Source: Synechococcales cyanobacterium VAR_4_metabat_354 (GTDB lineage: Bacteria > Cyanobacteriota > Cyanobacteriia > Cyanobacteriales > Chamaesiphonaceae). Taken from it: 64,000 nucleotides of DNA. Under the pieces are notes generated by a model, which worked only from the letters and a program-made list of their open reading frames with translations, had not been told where the DNA came from and did not search any database. Position 1 is the first letter of the stretch. Each line of letters begins with the position of its first letter. Positions 39,640 to 51,113 of this stretch are shown here, one piece after another. The translations under genes were made by a program, and so were the position numbers. The stretch lies in NCBI GenBank assembly GCA_031414775.1, contig JANOQI010000046.1, positions 96,001 to 160,000 of the forward strand, read 5' to 3'.

Positions 39640-40887
39640 ATGATCATGAATAACCAACAGCTATACTGGCGATCGAATGCTCTCCTTGTTTATCAAACAT
39701 TATTAGATGACGAGCCAGGTCGTTTGTGGCGGGAGCTGTTGGTCGCTGACAAGGATAATGTGCTTGTTGCTTATGGTCAGTGGTTTCGCTGCTTAGCTGA
39801 TCGGCAGCTGGGTTGGCAAGATTATTTACTCCAGCAACTTCTTACTACTGATAATCCTTTCACCAGACAAGTGCAGCAAACAGCATGGGTGGAGCTGTCA
39901 GTGGAACTGCGGCAAGCGGTGCATCACGACTTACTAATTCTGAGAGAAATTTATCACTATAACTGTAACCAAATCGTCCAATGGGTGACAGCTACTACTG
40001 GTTCAGAAACTGTGGCTTGGGCCGATCACTTACTATCTAAAGATCCTAGTGATTTAGCAATAACCCTCGACCAAAGTCCTGATTGGGTAGCAGTGTTGCC
40101 GAACTTGATTAAGCACTATCGTCAGTTTGGGACTGGTCACTTCGCCCAATTTTTGGCCTTTCGATCGCAGCAAGGAAAACTACAAGGCATTGCCGATCCT
40201 GATTCTATTAAACTCCAGCAACTAGTCGGTTATAGTTGGCAACAAGCTGCACTCATCCAAAACACTAAGGCATTGTCGGCTGGTTATCCGGCCTTAAATG
40301 TATTGCTCTATGGTAGTCGAGGTTCGGGTAAGTCTTCACTTGTAAAAGCTCTAGTACACGAGTTTGAGAATCTGCGGCTGATTGAAGTGCCCAAAAACGA
40401 ACTGATTAATCTGCCTCAAATTTTAGAGCAATTGCGGCAGTTACCGCAGAAGTTTATTATTTTTGTGGATGATTTATCTTTTGAGGCCGATGAAGATAAT
40501 TTCAAGACTCTAAAAGTAGTGTTAGAAGGTGGTCTGGTAGCTCGACCTGAAAATATTGTGGTTTACGCCACTTCCAATCGTCGCCACTTGATTCGAGAGT
40601 TTTTTGCCGATCGACCGCGCCCTCAAGATAGCGACGAAATTCACAACTGGGATACAGTTCAAGAACAATTATCCTTTAGCGATCGGTTTGGCCTCACTCT
40701 GACCTTTGAACCGGCCAATCAAGAAACTTACTTACAAATTGTTCATCATCTAGCTGCCGGGATAAAAATTACACCTGAAGATTTGACTTTTCGGGCTTTG
40801 CAATGGGCAACGCAACAAAACGGTCGATCGGGTAGAACCGCCCGGCAGTTTGTGGACTTTCTGCGATCGGAGTTGGCTGACATTTAG
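39640..40887 (+). CDS. DUF815 family AAA+ ATP-binding protein
   Basis: NVLLYGSRGSGKSSL, FVDDLSFE, YATSNRRHL, SFSDRFGL, GRSGRTARQF. Confidence 0.92.
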   Translation: MIMNNQQLYWRSNALLVYQTLLDDEPGRLWRELLVADKDNVLVAYGQWFRCLADRQLGWQDYLLQQLLTTDNPFTRQVQQTAWVELSVELRQAVHHDLLILREIYHYNCNQIVQWVTATTGSETVAWADHLLSKDPSDLAITLDQSPDWVAVLPNLIKHYRQFGTGHFAQFLAFRSQQGKLQGIADPDSIKLQQLVGYSWQQAALIQNTKALSAGYPALNVLLYGSRGSGKSSLVKALVHEFENLRLIEVPKNELINLPQILEQLRQLPQKFIIFVDDLSFEADEDNFKTLKVVLEGGLVARPENIVVYATSNRRHLIREFFADRPRPQDSDEIHNWDTVQEQLSFSDRFGLTLTFEPANQETYLQIVHHLAAGIKITPEDLTFRALQWATQQNGRSGRTARQFVDFLRSELADI

Positions 40888-40964
40888 GTTGGTACCTGCT
40901 GCCAATAAAAAAGACTTAGTTGTTCACTATAGTCTTTGTTTTTTCAGATAAGTTATTTTATTAG

Positions 40965-42107
40965 CTAAAATCTAGCTGGAATTGCATGCATTACAGCTAC
41001 CAGACTTTCCTGCTGATACTCAAAACTCAAAAACTGCTCACGAGTTGACCGAATATCAATAAAATCGGCAGATTGAGGTAAATAGTTAGCAAAATTGTCT
41101 TGAAGCTGAAAATTAGCTTTATGTAGTCGATCGATCCATGTTGTCGCTAGTTCATGCCGCTCACTGCGTAGTTCCTCTGGATTGCCAATAATGTCTTTAA
41201 TTTCTCTCCCAAAGAAAAGCTTCAAGGCTCTTTTTTCGTCTCCAGAAATTGCTAATTCATTAATTAACTTAAATACTAAATTGAAATGGTATAAACAGTT
41301 TTCAAACCGCTGAATAAAGCTTGTCTCCAGGTGATTGCTATTGGGTTCACTGAGGAAAACAGCAAGAGGGTGAAGATCATGAAGAAAATGGAAGATATCT
41401 TCCCGGATATTAGGGTGCTGCTCATTGTTCTTGATATGGTGTAGAGCAAATGATGCATTAATTACCACGTTTTGATGCTGATACTGTTTTGCCAAGTTTG
41501 CCCAGGTTTTAGCAGAGATATTTTCAACACAATTATTAATTTGATGAAAGTTTAGAGATATTGCTGTTTCTATGCCCTGTAACTTTTTCTGAGCAGCTAC
41601 TAAACTTTTGGCAGAAGGCTCAATTCCAATAATTGTAATTTCTTTTAATGTTGATGACTTTTCAGCAAGCTGTTGAATTATTTTGCTGCATTGATGAGCT
41701 GTCCCGATTCCGATATCGAGTAGTACAACATGTTTATGAGCTAAGCACATATTAACAATCATATCGTTAACAATCTGCTGGGCAAAGGCAACGTGGGGTA
41801 ATTCTTCTATTAATAATTTAAAAAGATCAATTTGGGCAATACTACTATTTGCCAAATAAAGATTATTATCAGCTTTCTCTGAGGAGTAACAACCCAATTT
41901 CCATCGTAAAGCTTTGCTAGCAGAGTATTGGAGTGTATGAGGATTATGGCATAAACTATCATGAACCTGCTCTAGCTTAAGCATTGTTTTTGATGTCACG
42001 CTTTGATTAGCGATATCTTGAATTATTTCTTGAAATGGATGGTCAGTTTTTGACTGAAAGTTTGATGAGATGACTTCTTTAATCGGAGAAAATTTTATTG
42101 GAGACAT
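40965..42107 (-). CDS. Bacterial GRAS-domain protein (Rossmann methyltransferase fold)
   Basis: PHVAFAQ..VN, VLLDIGIGTAHQ, ITIIGIE, VINASFALHHI, LHP..V.LSEPNSNH, F..RF..CL.HF, FFGREIKDII, RSERHE...W..RL..A.F; colinear with plant GRAS motifs. Confidence 0.88.
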   Translation of the reverse strand: MSPIKFSPIKEVISSNFQSKTDHPFQEIIQDIANQSVTSKTMLKLEQVHDSLCHNPHTLQYSASKALRWKLGCYSSEKADNNLYLANSSIAQIDLFKLLIEELPHVAFAQQIVNDMIVNMCLAHKHVVLLDIGIGTAHQCSKIIQQLAEKSSTLKEITIIGIEPSAKSLVAAQKKLQGIETAISLNFHQINNCVENISAKTWANLAKQYQHQNVVINASFALHHIKNNEQHPNIREDIFHFLHDLHPLAVFLSEPNSNHLETSFIQRFENCLYHFNLVFKLINELAISGDEKRALKLFFGREIKDIIGNPEELRSERHELATTWIDRLHKANFQLQDNFANYLPQSADFIDIRSTREQFLSFEYQQESLVAVMHAIPARF

Positions 42108-42530
42108 ATTTTTTTGGTTGGATGCCAGATTTTTGTATGTATATTCAGCTCAATTTGAAGTACGATACTACTTTCTTCTCATGATGAAATACTGGATTGA
42201 TTTCTTGCTAGATAAGCATCTCAACCATTATTCGCTATTGATTTTAAATCTGAAAGAGGGTAGTAAAATATTCTCTACAGCTGAAAATATTTTTCATTCT
42301 ATACTAAATTTAATATTTCATATATGTTCTAAATAATTACAATTTTAATTGTTGCAAATGTACTATTTCAGCTTTTATGATATGAAGCCTTTTTATTATC
42401 AGAGTCTTGTAAGGAGGAAGGCTTGAACTTACTAAGAGTCATTTGTAATCTTTATGTATCTGAAAATACCAATTAAGGTAAGTTTATTTTTCAGGGTATC
42501 AAATGATACCAATAATAAATTAGCGTAGAA

Positions 42531-45500
42531 TTAGCTATGAGTTCTATCGGCTAGTAATCGTTGAATAGTAATGGCTAGTTGCTTAAGTCGAACGGGTTTA
42601 CTAAGATATTCGTTAGCTCCAGCTTTTAAGCATCTTTCTCGATCTTCTGGCATGGCCAAAGCAGTAAGGGCAATAATTGGAATATTTTTATTTTCCCTCC
42701 GAATCTCTTGAATCGCTTCTAGACCATTAACAGTGGGCATTTGAATATCCATTAAAATTAGGTGTGGAGCCTGTAATTTATATAGATCGATCGCCTCTTG
42801 TCCATTACTTGCCAAAATTAGGTGATAGCCACGACTTTCGAGGTAATTCACAAAAGTTTCAATATTGGCTTGATTATCTTCTGCTAACAAAATGAGAGGT
42901 TGCTGACGATCCGTTGTGGTCAATTTTCCTACGTCTTGTTTATGTTCTAGTAAAGATGGAATCATCTCTTCTGGTTGAATATATTGCTTAGTGTATGGTA
43001 GATGTACTGTAAAGCAACTACCTTTTCCTACTTCACTTTCTACTGTTACCCAACCGCCATGTAAATTAACAATTTGTTTTACTAAGGCTAGTCCCAATCC
43101 AGTGCCTGCATACTGGCGGCTGAGACTGCTATCAATTTGGACAAAAGGCTGAAAAAGTTTTGCTAAATCATCCGGCGCAATGCCAATACCATTATCAATG
43201 ATCGAGAAACATAGAACATTGTGAGGCTCTGCTGAATTGAACACCACTTCTTTAGCCGCTGAGCTTTCGAGGTAGGTATTTAGTAAGATCTGACCACCAG
43301 CAGGAGTGAATTTAACAGCATTACTGAGTAAGTTAATCAATACCTGGCGGATGCGTCGTTCATCGACACAGGTTTTTTCGATACCAGGCTGACAATTACT
43401 AATTAAACGGATATCTTTTTGCTGTGCCTGTTGTCTAACAAAAGATAAGCTAGAGTTACTTAGTTGCTCAATAGCAACAGCCACTAATTCAAGTTCTAGC
43501 TTCCCGGCTTCGATTTTCGAGATTTCCAAAATATCGTTAATTAGCGACAGCAGATGTTTCCCCCCTTTTTCGATTATTTGTAGAGACTTCTGCTGACGCT
43601 CATTTATTGAGCCAAAAACTTCTTCTTGTAAACCTTCTGACATGCCCAGAATTGCATTGAGCGGAGTGCGCAATTCATGACTCATATTAGCTAAGAATGC
43701 ACTCTTCGATTGATTCGCTTGATCGGCAGATTCCTTGGCTGCTTTTAGTTCGATCGTGCGTTCCGCAACTCGTTGCTCTAAAACTACTAATGATTCTTGC
43801 TGCTTGGTATAGAGGATGGCATTCTCGATCGAGATGGCTGCTTGGGCAGTTAATAATTTTAGGAGGTCGATGCGATCATTAGTAAAGGCGCCAGATGTTA
43901 GACTATTCTCTAAATAGATTACCCCAATTAATCTGCCCTGATTGATAATTGGACAGCACAAAATACTCAGCAATTGATGTTGCTGAATATAGAAATCGTT
44001 TGAAAATTCAGGATGCTTGTTAGCATCGTCTAATACCAATGGTTCTACACCAATTTGAACAAAGTTAACAACACTAACCGGAACATCTTGACTATCTTCT
44101 AAATTGACAGGGAGAATAACTTGGGGTTGTTGTCCTACTTCGATCCGGGCGATTATCTGTAAGGTCTGCTTTTGTTGTAAGAGTAAAACACACTTATCAG
44201 CGCCAGCATTAGTAATTAGAATGGTGAGTAGTGTGGCCAGGAGTTTATTCAGTTCGATGTCTTCTGAGATAGCTTGAGATGCTCTAAAGAGGGTTGATAG
44301 ATCTAGTAAATTGGAACCATTAGTAGAGAATAAAGACATTTCTGCCTTTCTCTCGGCATTAGAAATCAGAGATAGTAGTTGTGGATAACGGGCAGTGAGA
44401 TCATTAACTTTAGCTGTGGCTCCCCAGTGAATGTAACAATAATAAGCCTCCGTCATATAAACCTGAGCCACTTTATCTTTGCCCCAATCTAGATAAAATT
44501 TAGCAGCCAGCTCGTTAGCGAGGGCTTCTTCATTGATAAATTGATTTACTTGAGCACCCTTAATAGCTAAATCATAGTGTTCGATCGCGATGACTCTGTT
44601 GCCCAAAACCCGCTGCTTTTCAGCTTCGATCAGATGCCACTTATGCTGATAATTAGTCGGAGCAGTTTGTGCCCACTGTGCCAGAGTGGCTTGATGGATT
44701 TCTATCTGGGTCAGGATTTTGGCTGGTACTACTGTAATGAGTGCTAGGTGTGTCAGGGCTGTATAAAAGTGGAAAACTGGCACCAACATCATTCCTGATA
44801 CTGCCAGCAAATATTGGTTGGCCTGTTGCTGGTGTGCCATTGCTGCCGGATAGTTACCAAAGTAATAGGCTAGCAATAGCTTGTAAATATAGACATAGGC
44901 ACTGCCACTGAGATCATGATCCTGTTGGTGTCTAGGTAACATCACCGTTTCATCATAGATATCTCCCTGGAGATCATCAGGTCGATTGGTGATTTCCATG
45001 AAATTCTGAACTACTTGCCTCTTAATATCTAAATGATTCCGGGCAGATTGCTGCTTCATCTGCCCTAATGCGTTGCTATAAGCTGATATTTCTTCTATCC
45101 AGTTGTCTAGTTTTACCCCACTGAGTAAGTTAGCTTCACAGTAACAATTAATGCTGTAGCCCGCATTCAGCAAGGCTCCAGCTTCCATACCAGCTATATA
45201 CCCATTTTTGAGAGTTGGCATTACTGCGCGCAAAGATTCTTGGCGATGTTGAATCCAACCACCAAAAACTAAGAGAATCGTGCTTTTGAATTCTCGGGCA
45301 TCAAAGCGATCAAGCAAACTTATGGCCAATTCCCCAAAGCAATGTCCTCTTTTTACGTCACCCAGAAAAGAACTGAGTACTAGACCGTAGTTGGCATATC
45401 CTACTAAGGATGCTGGTGTATTGCCAAACTGGAGTGATAGATTCACCATCATCGCACTCATGATTGGCATCAAGCTGGGCATACCAATGAAGATAGGTGC

Positions 45501-48347
45501 TCCTAAAATTACGCACAGTTTCATCGCCGACTGAGCATGGGGATCTTTCATGATTGGCAGATCTAAAAGATCCTGAATTGCTCGACTCTGAAGTTGGTTT
45601 GCTAGGGACTGTAATGCTTGACCTGTCGTTGCTTCATCGGGGGAAGCCGAGAGGTTAAATCCTAATTCTTGAAGTGCTGCTCTGCCAATATCGATCGCCT
45701 TGAGCATGTCACCGTTAGCTGTTTGCGACCAGATTTGAAATTGGTAAATTTTCACTTTATCTAAAATAGTTCTAGCTTCTTGCAAGACTACCTTGCCTAT
45801 CCGTTCCATGGTCTCCGGGTCGCCACTGAGGTAAGCTGTTTCGGCCGCTGCCACATACAGGCCAAGAGCCAAATCATATTGGGTTTGCCAACAGTCTGGA
45901 TCCAGCAGCTCTATACCAGTTTGCAGATAAATATTAGCAGCGGTGTAAGCAGTAGAACTCCAGGCTTTTCCACCGGCAGCTAAATTTAGTGTTGCTAGTT
46001 TTTCTCGATCGCCAGGTTGAGTAATTAATTCTTTGCCCCGATTTAAATGTCCGACAATATCAAACAGTTGCTCGTCTTGGACTGTTCCAGAAAATTTATG
46101 CTGAAGTAGTTGTCCAATTTTGAGATGAGTTACTTGTTTTTGCTGGTCGGAAACTAAGGAATAAGCCGCTTGTTGGATGCGATCATGGGGGAAACGATAA
46201 AATGGATTGGCCTGTCGCAAGGAAATAGAATAGTTTGACTCATTGATAAAGCATTGCTGATTTTCTGTTTGGGGAATAATTAAACTCTCTTTTAACAAGG
46301 GCCATAGTGCTGTGGCAGTATCATCCAGTGACCAATCCAAAACTAATGCCAGGGTTAGCAGATCGAACTGTTTTCCCATCCCAGAGGCAAATTGGAGTAC
46401 TTGTTTGGTGGATATAGGTAGTTTCTGTAATTGCAGCACCATGAACTCAACCACATCATCAGTAATCACCTGCGTAACATCCCATTGCCACTGTCGTCTT
46501 TGAGAATCAAAAAAAATTTGCCCTTCTTGATACAAAGCTTTAAGTAGTTGATTAATAAAAAAGGGATTACCTTGAGTTTTTTGATACACCAGCGTTGTTA
46601 GGGATCTTGCTACAAACACCGTACATTTGAGTGTGTCGGCAATTAACTGATCTATATCTGGCAGCTTTAATGGTTGCAAGCTAATTGTACTAATATTGGT
46701 TCCAGCTGCTTGGACATCATTCACCATTAATTTCAACGGGTGAACAGGTGAGACTTCGTGATCGCGGTAAGCACCTAATATTAGTAAATACTGTGTGTTC
46801 TGTATTAAAGTTTGTAATAACTTCAAAGATTCAGCATCTGCCCACTGCAAATCATCGAGAAATAAAACTAGGGGATGTGCGGCGGTGCTAAACACCTGTA
46901 CAAACTTCTGCATCACCAGATTAAAGTGATGTTGTGCACCACTACCTGATAATTTAGGAGGGAGAGATTGTTTACCAATAATTCTCTCTAACTCTGGAAA
47001 CACCTCAATTAATATTTGTCCATTTTCTCCCACAGCTTCCAGAATCCTAGTTTTCCACACCTGGAGTTGAGTGCTTGAGTCAGCAAGTACTTGTCTCAGT
47101 AAATTACGAAAGGCTTGCACTAATGCTGAAAATGGAATATTACGTTGGAATTGTTCGTACTTACCCTGGATAAAGTAACCTCGCTGTCCCACAATTGGCT
47201 TATGAATTTCTTGGATGATGGCAGTTTTCCCAATTCCGGAAAACCCGGCGATGAGCATCATTTCTGTCACTCCTTTGCTTATCCTTTCAAAGGCATTTAG
47301 TAGTGTCTCAACTTCTGCTTCTCGCCCATAGAGTTTTTCTGGGATTAAGAATCGATCGCTGATGTCCTTGGTACCTAGATCAAATGCTGGGATCGTACCT
47401 GTTGTCTGTAATTGAGTCAGACAAAATTCTAGATCGTATTGTATTCCAGAGGCACTCTGGTAGCGGTTTTCCGCATTTTTAGCCATTAGTTTACTGATGA
47501 TATCAGCCAAAACTAGTGGCACGGATGGTTGTAGCTGTCTAATTGGAATAGGCTGCTGGGCTAGGTGACAATGCACTAACTGCATTGGATCGTCCGTAGT
47601 AAAAGGTAACTGCCCAGTCAATAATTCATAGCAGGTTACACCAAAAGCATAAAAGTCACTGCGGTAATCAACACCCCGATTCATCCGACCAGTTTGCTCT
47701 GGCGACATGTATGCTAATGTCCCTTCTAGGGTATTGATATGATGAATGTCTTGAACTTCTCTGGGTAGTGATGAAGAAATATTAAAATCGATTAGTTTAA
47801 CCTGTTTGGTTTCTGGGTTGATTAAGATGTTGGCAGGTTTTATATCTTTGTGAATTATCTGATAATGATGCAAATCATTTAAAGCGGCAGCAATTTGAAT
47901 CGCTATTTGTAAAAATGTTGTCAAATTCTGTGAATTATTACCAAATGCTTTAGTGTGATTTCGTTCTTTCCCACCCAATTTTTCAAGTACATTTTTAAGA
48001 GAAATGCCCCCATAGTCTTCCAATACTAGGGCATAAGAGTGCTGATAATCTTCAAATGCAAAGGTTTTAACAAGAGTAGGTGCATCAAAATCTTTGGCAA
48101 TGGTGTATTGATGACGAAACTGAGTAATCTCATTAAAATCAGGAAATCGATTCCGCAAAATTTTGATCACGACTGGATATTGATCATATTCTCGTATCCC
48201 TCGATAAACTAGAGTACGAGTTCCTTGGTATATCTGTGCTGTGATTTGATATTTTGGCAATTCTGGAAAGTTATGAGACCAAAAATCAGTATTATTAGTC
48301 TCACCAAAACTACTAAATTCATTATCAATGATGAAGGAGTCTGACAT
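42531..48347 (-). CDS. Multidomain Ser/Thr kinase-AAA/STAND ATPase-helical-GAF-His kinase-REC protein
   Basis: [53 protein letters not shown] (GAF), [25 protein letters not shown]. Confidence 0.93.
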   Translation of the reverse strand: MSDSFIIDNEFSSFGETNNTDFWSHNFPELPKYQITAQIYQGTRTLVYRGIREYDQYPVVIKILRNRFPDFNEITQFRHQYTIAKDFDAPTLVKTFAFEDYQHSYALVLEDYGGISLKNVLEKLGGKERNHTKAFGNNSQNLTTFLQIAIQIAAALNDLHHYQIIHKDIKPANILINPETKQVKLIDFNISSSLPREVQDIHHINTLEGTLAYMSPEQTGRMNRGVDYRSDFYAFGVTCYELLTGQLPFTTDDPMQLVHCHLAQQPIPIRQLQPSVPLVLADIISKLMAKNAENRYQSASGIQYDLEFCLTQLQTTGTIPAFDLGTKDISDRFLIPEKLYGREAEVETLLNAFERISKGVTEMMLIAGFSGIGKTAIIQEIHKPIVGQRGYFIQGKYEQFQRNIPFSALVQAFRNLLRQVLADSSTQLQVWKTRILEAVGENGQILIEVFPELERIIGKQSLPPKLSGSGAQHHFNLVMQKFVQVFSTAAHPLVLFLDDLQWADAESLKLLQTLIQNTQYLLILGAYRDHEVSPVHPLKLMVNDVQAAGTNISTISLQPLKLPDIDQLIADTLKCTVFVARSLTTLVYQKTQGNPFFINQLLKALYQEGQIFFDSQRRQWQWDVTQVITDDVVEFMVLQLQKLPISTKQVLQFASGMGKQFDLLTLALVLDWSLDDTATALWPLLKESLIIPQTENQQCFINESNYSISLRQANPFYRFPHDRIQQAAYSLVSDQQKQVTHLKIGQLLQHKFSGTVQDEQLFDIVGHLNRGKELITQPGDREKLATLNLAAGGKAWSSTAYTAANIYLQTGIELLDPDCWQTQYDLALGLYVAAAETAYLSGDPETMERIGKVVLQEARTILDKVKIYQFQIWSQTANGDMLKAIDIGRAALQELGFNLSASPDEATTGQALQSLANQLQSRAIQDLLDLPIMKDPHAQSAMKLCVILGAPIFIGMPSLMPIMSAMMVNLSLQFGNTPASLVGYANYGLVLSSFLGDVKRGHCFGELAISLLDRFDAREFKSTILLVFGGWIQHRQESLRAVMPTLKNGYIAGMEAGALLNAGYSINCYCEANLLSGVKLDNWIEEISAYSNALGQMKQQSARNHLDIKRQVVQNFMEITNRPDDLQGDIYDETVMLPRHQQDHDLSGSAYVYIYKLLLAYYFGNYPAAMAHQQQANQYLLAVSGMMLVPVFHFYTALTHLALITVVPAKILTQIEIHQATLAQWAQTAPTNYQHKWHLIEAEKQRVLGNRVIAIEHYDLAIKGAQVNQFINEEALANELAAKFYLDWGKDKVAQVYMTEAYYCYIHWGATAKVNDLTARYPQLLSLISNAERKAEMSLFSTNGSNLLDLSTLFRASQAISEDIELNKLLATLLTILITNAGADKCVLLLQQKQTLQIIARIEVGQQPQVILPVNLEDSQDVPVSVVNFVQIGVEPLVLDDANKHPEFSNDFYIQQHQLLSILCCPIINQGRLIGVIYLENSLTSGAFTNDRIDLLKLLTAQAAISIENAILYTKQQESLVVLEQRVAERTIELKAAKESADQANQSKSAFLANMSHELRTPLNAILGMSEGLQEEVFGSINERQQKSLQIIEKGGKHLLSLINDILEISKIEAGKLELELVAVAIEQLSNSSLSFVRQQAQQKDIRLISNCQPGIEKTCVDERRIRQVLINLLSNAVKFTPAGGQILLNTYLESSAAKEVVFNSAEPHNVLCFSIIDNGIGIAPDDLAKLFQPFVQIDSSLSRQYAGTGLGLALVKQIVNLHGGWVTVESEVGKGSCFTVHLPYTKQYIQPEEMIPSLLEHKQDVGKLTTTDRQQPLILLAEDNQANIETFVNYLESRGYHLILASNGQEAIDLYKLQAPHLILMDIQMPTVNGLEAIQEIRRENKNIPIIALTALAMPEDRERCLKAGANEYLSKPVRLKQLAITIQRLLADRTHS

Positions 48348-48612
48348 TTGTATTAATCTATGTTGTTTTGGAATCCATTAGATTTAACTTTTGTCTATCC
48401 TCGGAATTTTACATATTAATTCTGAAGATATAATGAAGCATTCTCTGTATTGCTGTGGCCAGAGCTTGGGAATTTTGATATAAATAAGTGCTGTATATTT
48501 AGTATTCCCAACTATTCTATAGGAATAACCTCCTGGAGGAAACAAATTATTACTACTATATTGACTAATTTATTGATAAGTTTTGTTTAATCCTCTATCC
48601 TCAAGCAGGGCT

Positions 48613-49080
48613 ATAGTAGGTAGAGTTCTCACCGCTTGTGGAATCAAACCAATTAAGGAATGGCAATAGTTGTTTAAGGCATTCTGGCTATATGGGGCTG
48701 TGGAACCTGCTACAGGATAGTCTTTTTTTCTGCAATTTTCTCATGTCGAGACTGAGTGCTTTCAGATATTTTTGGATAAATTTTCCCAGGTTTATCCGGA
48801 TAGCCTCAATATTATTCAGGTGGACAATGGCCGTTTTCATACCAGCAAGAAGTTGGTGCTACCAGAGAATATCATTTTGTTGTTTCAGCCTCCTTATTGT
48901 CCAGAGTTAAATCCAATTGAGCACTTGTGGCAATACCTAAAATCTGATTTACGGTGGGCTTCTTTTAAAACCCTAGAGCAACTTTTGGTGCAGTTGACTC
49001 CTGAAGTGATTGCTTCCGTTACAGGATATCCCTTTATTCTGGATGCTCTATCTGTCGTTAATACTACTTAAATTAGTATA
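48613..49080 (+). pseudogene. IS630-family transposase remnant (5'-truncated, two in-frame stops) with right end
   Basis: One frame from 48613: GRVLTACGIKP..EWQ*LFKAFWLYGAVEPATG*SFF...QVDNGRFH...QPPYCPELNPIEHLW; ends AAATTAGTATA. Confidence 0.88.
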
Positions 49081-49109
49081 AAATTACTTTTAAAGTGGCA
49101 TTCAGACCA

Positions 49110-49161
49110 AAACTCGATAAAAAAACATCAGTCTAAAGACTGATGCTTTTTTATCGAGTTT
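49110..49161. terminator. Long hairpin, likely terminator of the 49683-49219 gene
   Basis: AAACTCGATAAAAAAACATCAGTCT-AA-AGACTGATGCTTTTTTATCGAGTTT. Confidence 0.75.
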
Positions 49162-49218
49162 CTAGATGATTGTTCCTTGTGAAAAGGATTAAACAAGAAC
49201 ATCTAAAATAAACTAAAT

Positions 49219-49683
49219 TTAGAAGCGGAAAGCACCACCAAGGGTGACACTAGTACCACCATCAGCACTGTTAAAAGGAATGTCAACAGTACCATTCAAA
49301 GCAAATTCTCTGGTGAAGTTCCAGTCAGCACCAGCTAGGAATGAGCCAGTTGTTGCTGTTGCACCACCGCCGGTAGCGAAGTTGATACCAGCTCCGACGA
49401 ATGGAGTGAGTGGTGATCTACGACCTAAATCCCAGTCATAAGTAAGGCCACTACCAAAAACAGTACCGCCAGCAGGAAAGGTAATGAAAGGTCGCAGAGA
49501 TAAGTTATCAGCAATACCTAACTTACTATTGATACCAAAAACGGAGTTACCATTACCGAAGGTGACAGTAGGACCAACTTGGTTGAATCCTCTACCACCA
49601 GCTTGTGCAGCATTAGGCATTTGAGTAACTGCGGCGGCAGCTGCTGCAACAGTGATTACAGTCGTTAATAAAATTCTTTTCAT
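49219..49683 (-). CDS. Small outer-membrane beta-barrel protein
   Basis: Signal peptide ending AQA; alternating beta strands (LSLRPF, LTYDW, TPFVGAG); C-terminal FRF. Confidence 0.75.
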   Translation of the reverse strand: MKRILLTTVITVAAAAAAVTQMPNAAQAGGRGFNQVGPTVTFGNGNSVFGINSKLGIADNLSLRPFITFPAGGTVFGSGLTYDWDLGRRSPLTPFVGAGINFATGGGATATTGSFLAGADWNFTREFALNGTVDIPFNSADGGTSVTLGGAFRF

Positions 49684-49847
49684 AGTTCGGTCACTCCCAA
49701 AATTTTCATTTCTACTATACTACATAGTCCGATGCGCTTGCCATCTTCCTTGACTAGGCATTGGCCTGCATATCTTCCTTGACAGCGAACATCAAGAAAT
49801 GTTCCCAAAATTGTTTCAATTCTCAGCAAAACATTATCCTAATCACT

Positions 49848-51077
49848 TCAAAAAGTTTGATGGTTTATCAAAGTTGGATAATCCTCGCGGGTTCTGATGA
49901 GCCGATAGTTGTGGCCATCAATCAAGACTTCCGCTGGCCGGGGTCGGTGAAGGAAGTGTGAAGACATGGCGTAACCATAAGCTCCCACATCTGATATGGA
50001 AACAATGTCATCAATGGCGAGGCGGGGCAACAGGCAATTGCGCCCCAGATAATCGCGGGAATAAGTAGTGTTGCCGCAAACATCAGTAGTGAATAACTTC
50101 TGATCTAGTGTAGTTGCAGTAGGATCATTCCAGGTAAAGATTTGACGATAACCACCATGCACTGATGGTACTGATAGATTAGCTACTGTGGTATCGACTC
50201 CAATAATTTGTTTCTGTCCTTGCCACTTGGTGGATACTACTCGGGCTAATAAAACAGCACACCCAGCAATCACTGCTCGACCTGGTTCTATTGCTAACTG
50301 GATGGGGAAATCTAGCTGTAATAGTCGGTTACTTAAGGTTGCTCCAAACGCTGGCCAGTCGAAGGCCATCCCATCAGACTGATAGGGATAGCCAAAGCCA
50401 CCACCAAAGTCTATATAAGACCAATCTGGTAATTGAGTAGCCAAGTTCAAGACGGTATCGATCGCATCGGTAAAGGCTTTGGTGGCATTGGTGCCGGTGC
50501 CACGATAAAAATGTAAACCATCTAAGGTCAAACCAGCAACTTGGGTGATATCGATCGCTTGACTAAATTCATCGGGATGTACGCCAATTCGGCTATTACC
50601 AGTCAAGGTGGGATAATTCAACCGCAATCCCAGCTGGGGTTTGGCATAATCTTTACAGTAGAGATCGCACAGTAATTGCAATTGACTTAAACTATCGAGA
50701 TTAACCGTGCGAATACCCCAGGCCAAAAGTTGGCGCATCTCTTCCCGGTTAAGATTACTACCGCTATAGACAATTTGATGAGGGTTAAAGCCAGCCTGAA
50801 GACCTAAATAGATATCGCCGGGCGTGTTGGCATGTAAGCCCCAACCCCGCTCTCGAAAAATTTGGAGGAGGGCAATATTGCCATTGGTCACGCTGGCGAA
50901 ATGGAACTGGGTGTGGGGGTAGGAAATAGAATTAGTAATATGGTCGATAGTAGACAACAATTGATCGCGCTGATAAACATACAGGGGTGATCCGTAGGTA
51001 TTTAATAGTGTTTTGGCTATATCGATCGAGAATGGTACTGAATTCTTATTAGTCACTGGCGCAGCTGATTCAGTCAT
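49848..51077 (-). CDS. LysA-fold (fold-type III PLP) decarboxylase-like protein with atypical active site
   Basis: YGSPLYVY, NLDS, DFGGGFG, EPGR, D.GAYG.AMSS, RP.EV; FASVTN in place of YAxKAN. Confidence 0.85.
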   Translation of the reverse strand: MTESAAPVTNKNSVPFSIDIAKTLLNTYGSPLYVYQRDQLLSTIDHITNSISYPHTQFHFASVTNGNIALLQIFRERGWGLHANTPGDIYLGLQAGFNPHQIVYSGSNLNREEMRQLLAWGIRTVNLDSLSQLQLLCDLYCKDYAKPQLGLRLNYPTLTGNSRIGVHPDEFSQAIDITQVAGLTLDGLHFYRGTGTNATKAFTDAIDTVLNLATQLPDWSYIDFGGGFGYPYQSDGMAFDWPAFGATLSNRLLQLDFPIQLAIEPGRAVIAGCAVLLARVVSTKWQGQKQIIGVDTTVANLSVPSVHGGYRQIFTWNDPTATTLDQKLFTTDVCGNTTYSRDYLGRNCLLPRLAIDDIVSISDVGAYGYAMSSHFLHRPRPAEVLIDGHNYRLIRTREDYPTLINHQTF

Positions 51078-51113
51078 TATTCCTTGATACGTATTGAATG
51101 TTTATGAATGTTT

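Noticed and set aside
48638..48910. 90-aa ORF as a separate gene
   Set aside because: Off-frame reading of the IS630 remnant; the true transposase frame has internal stops
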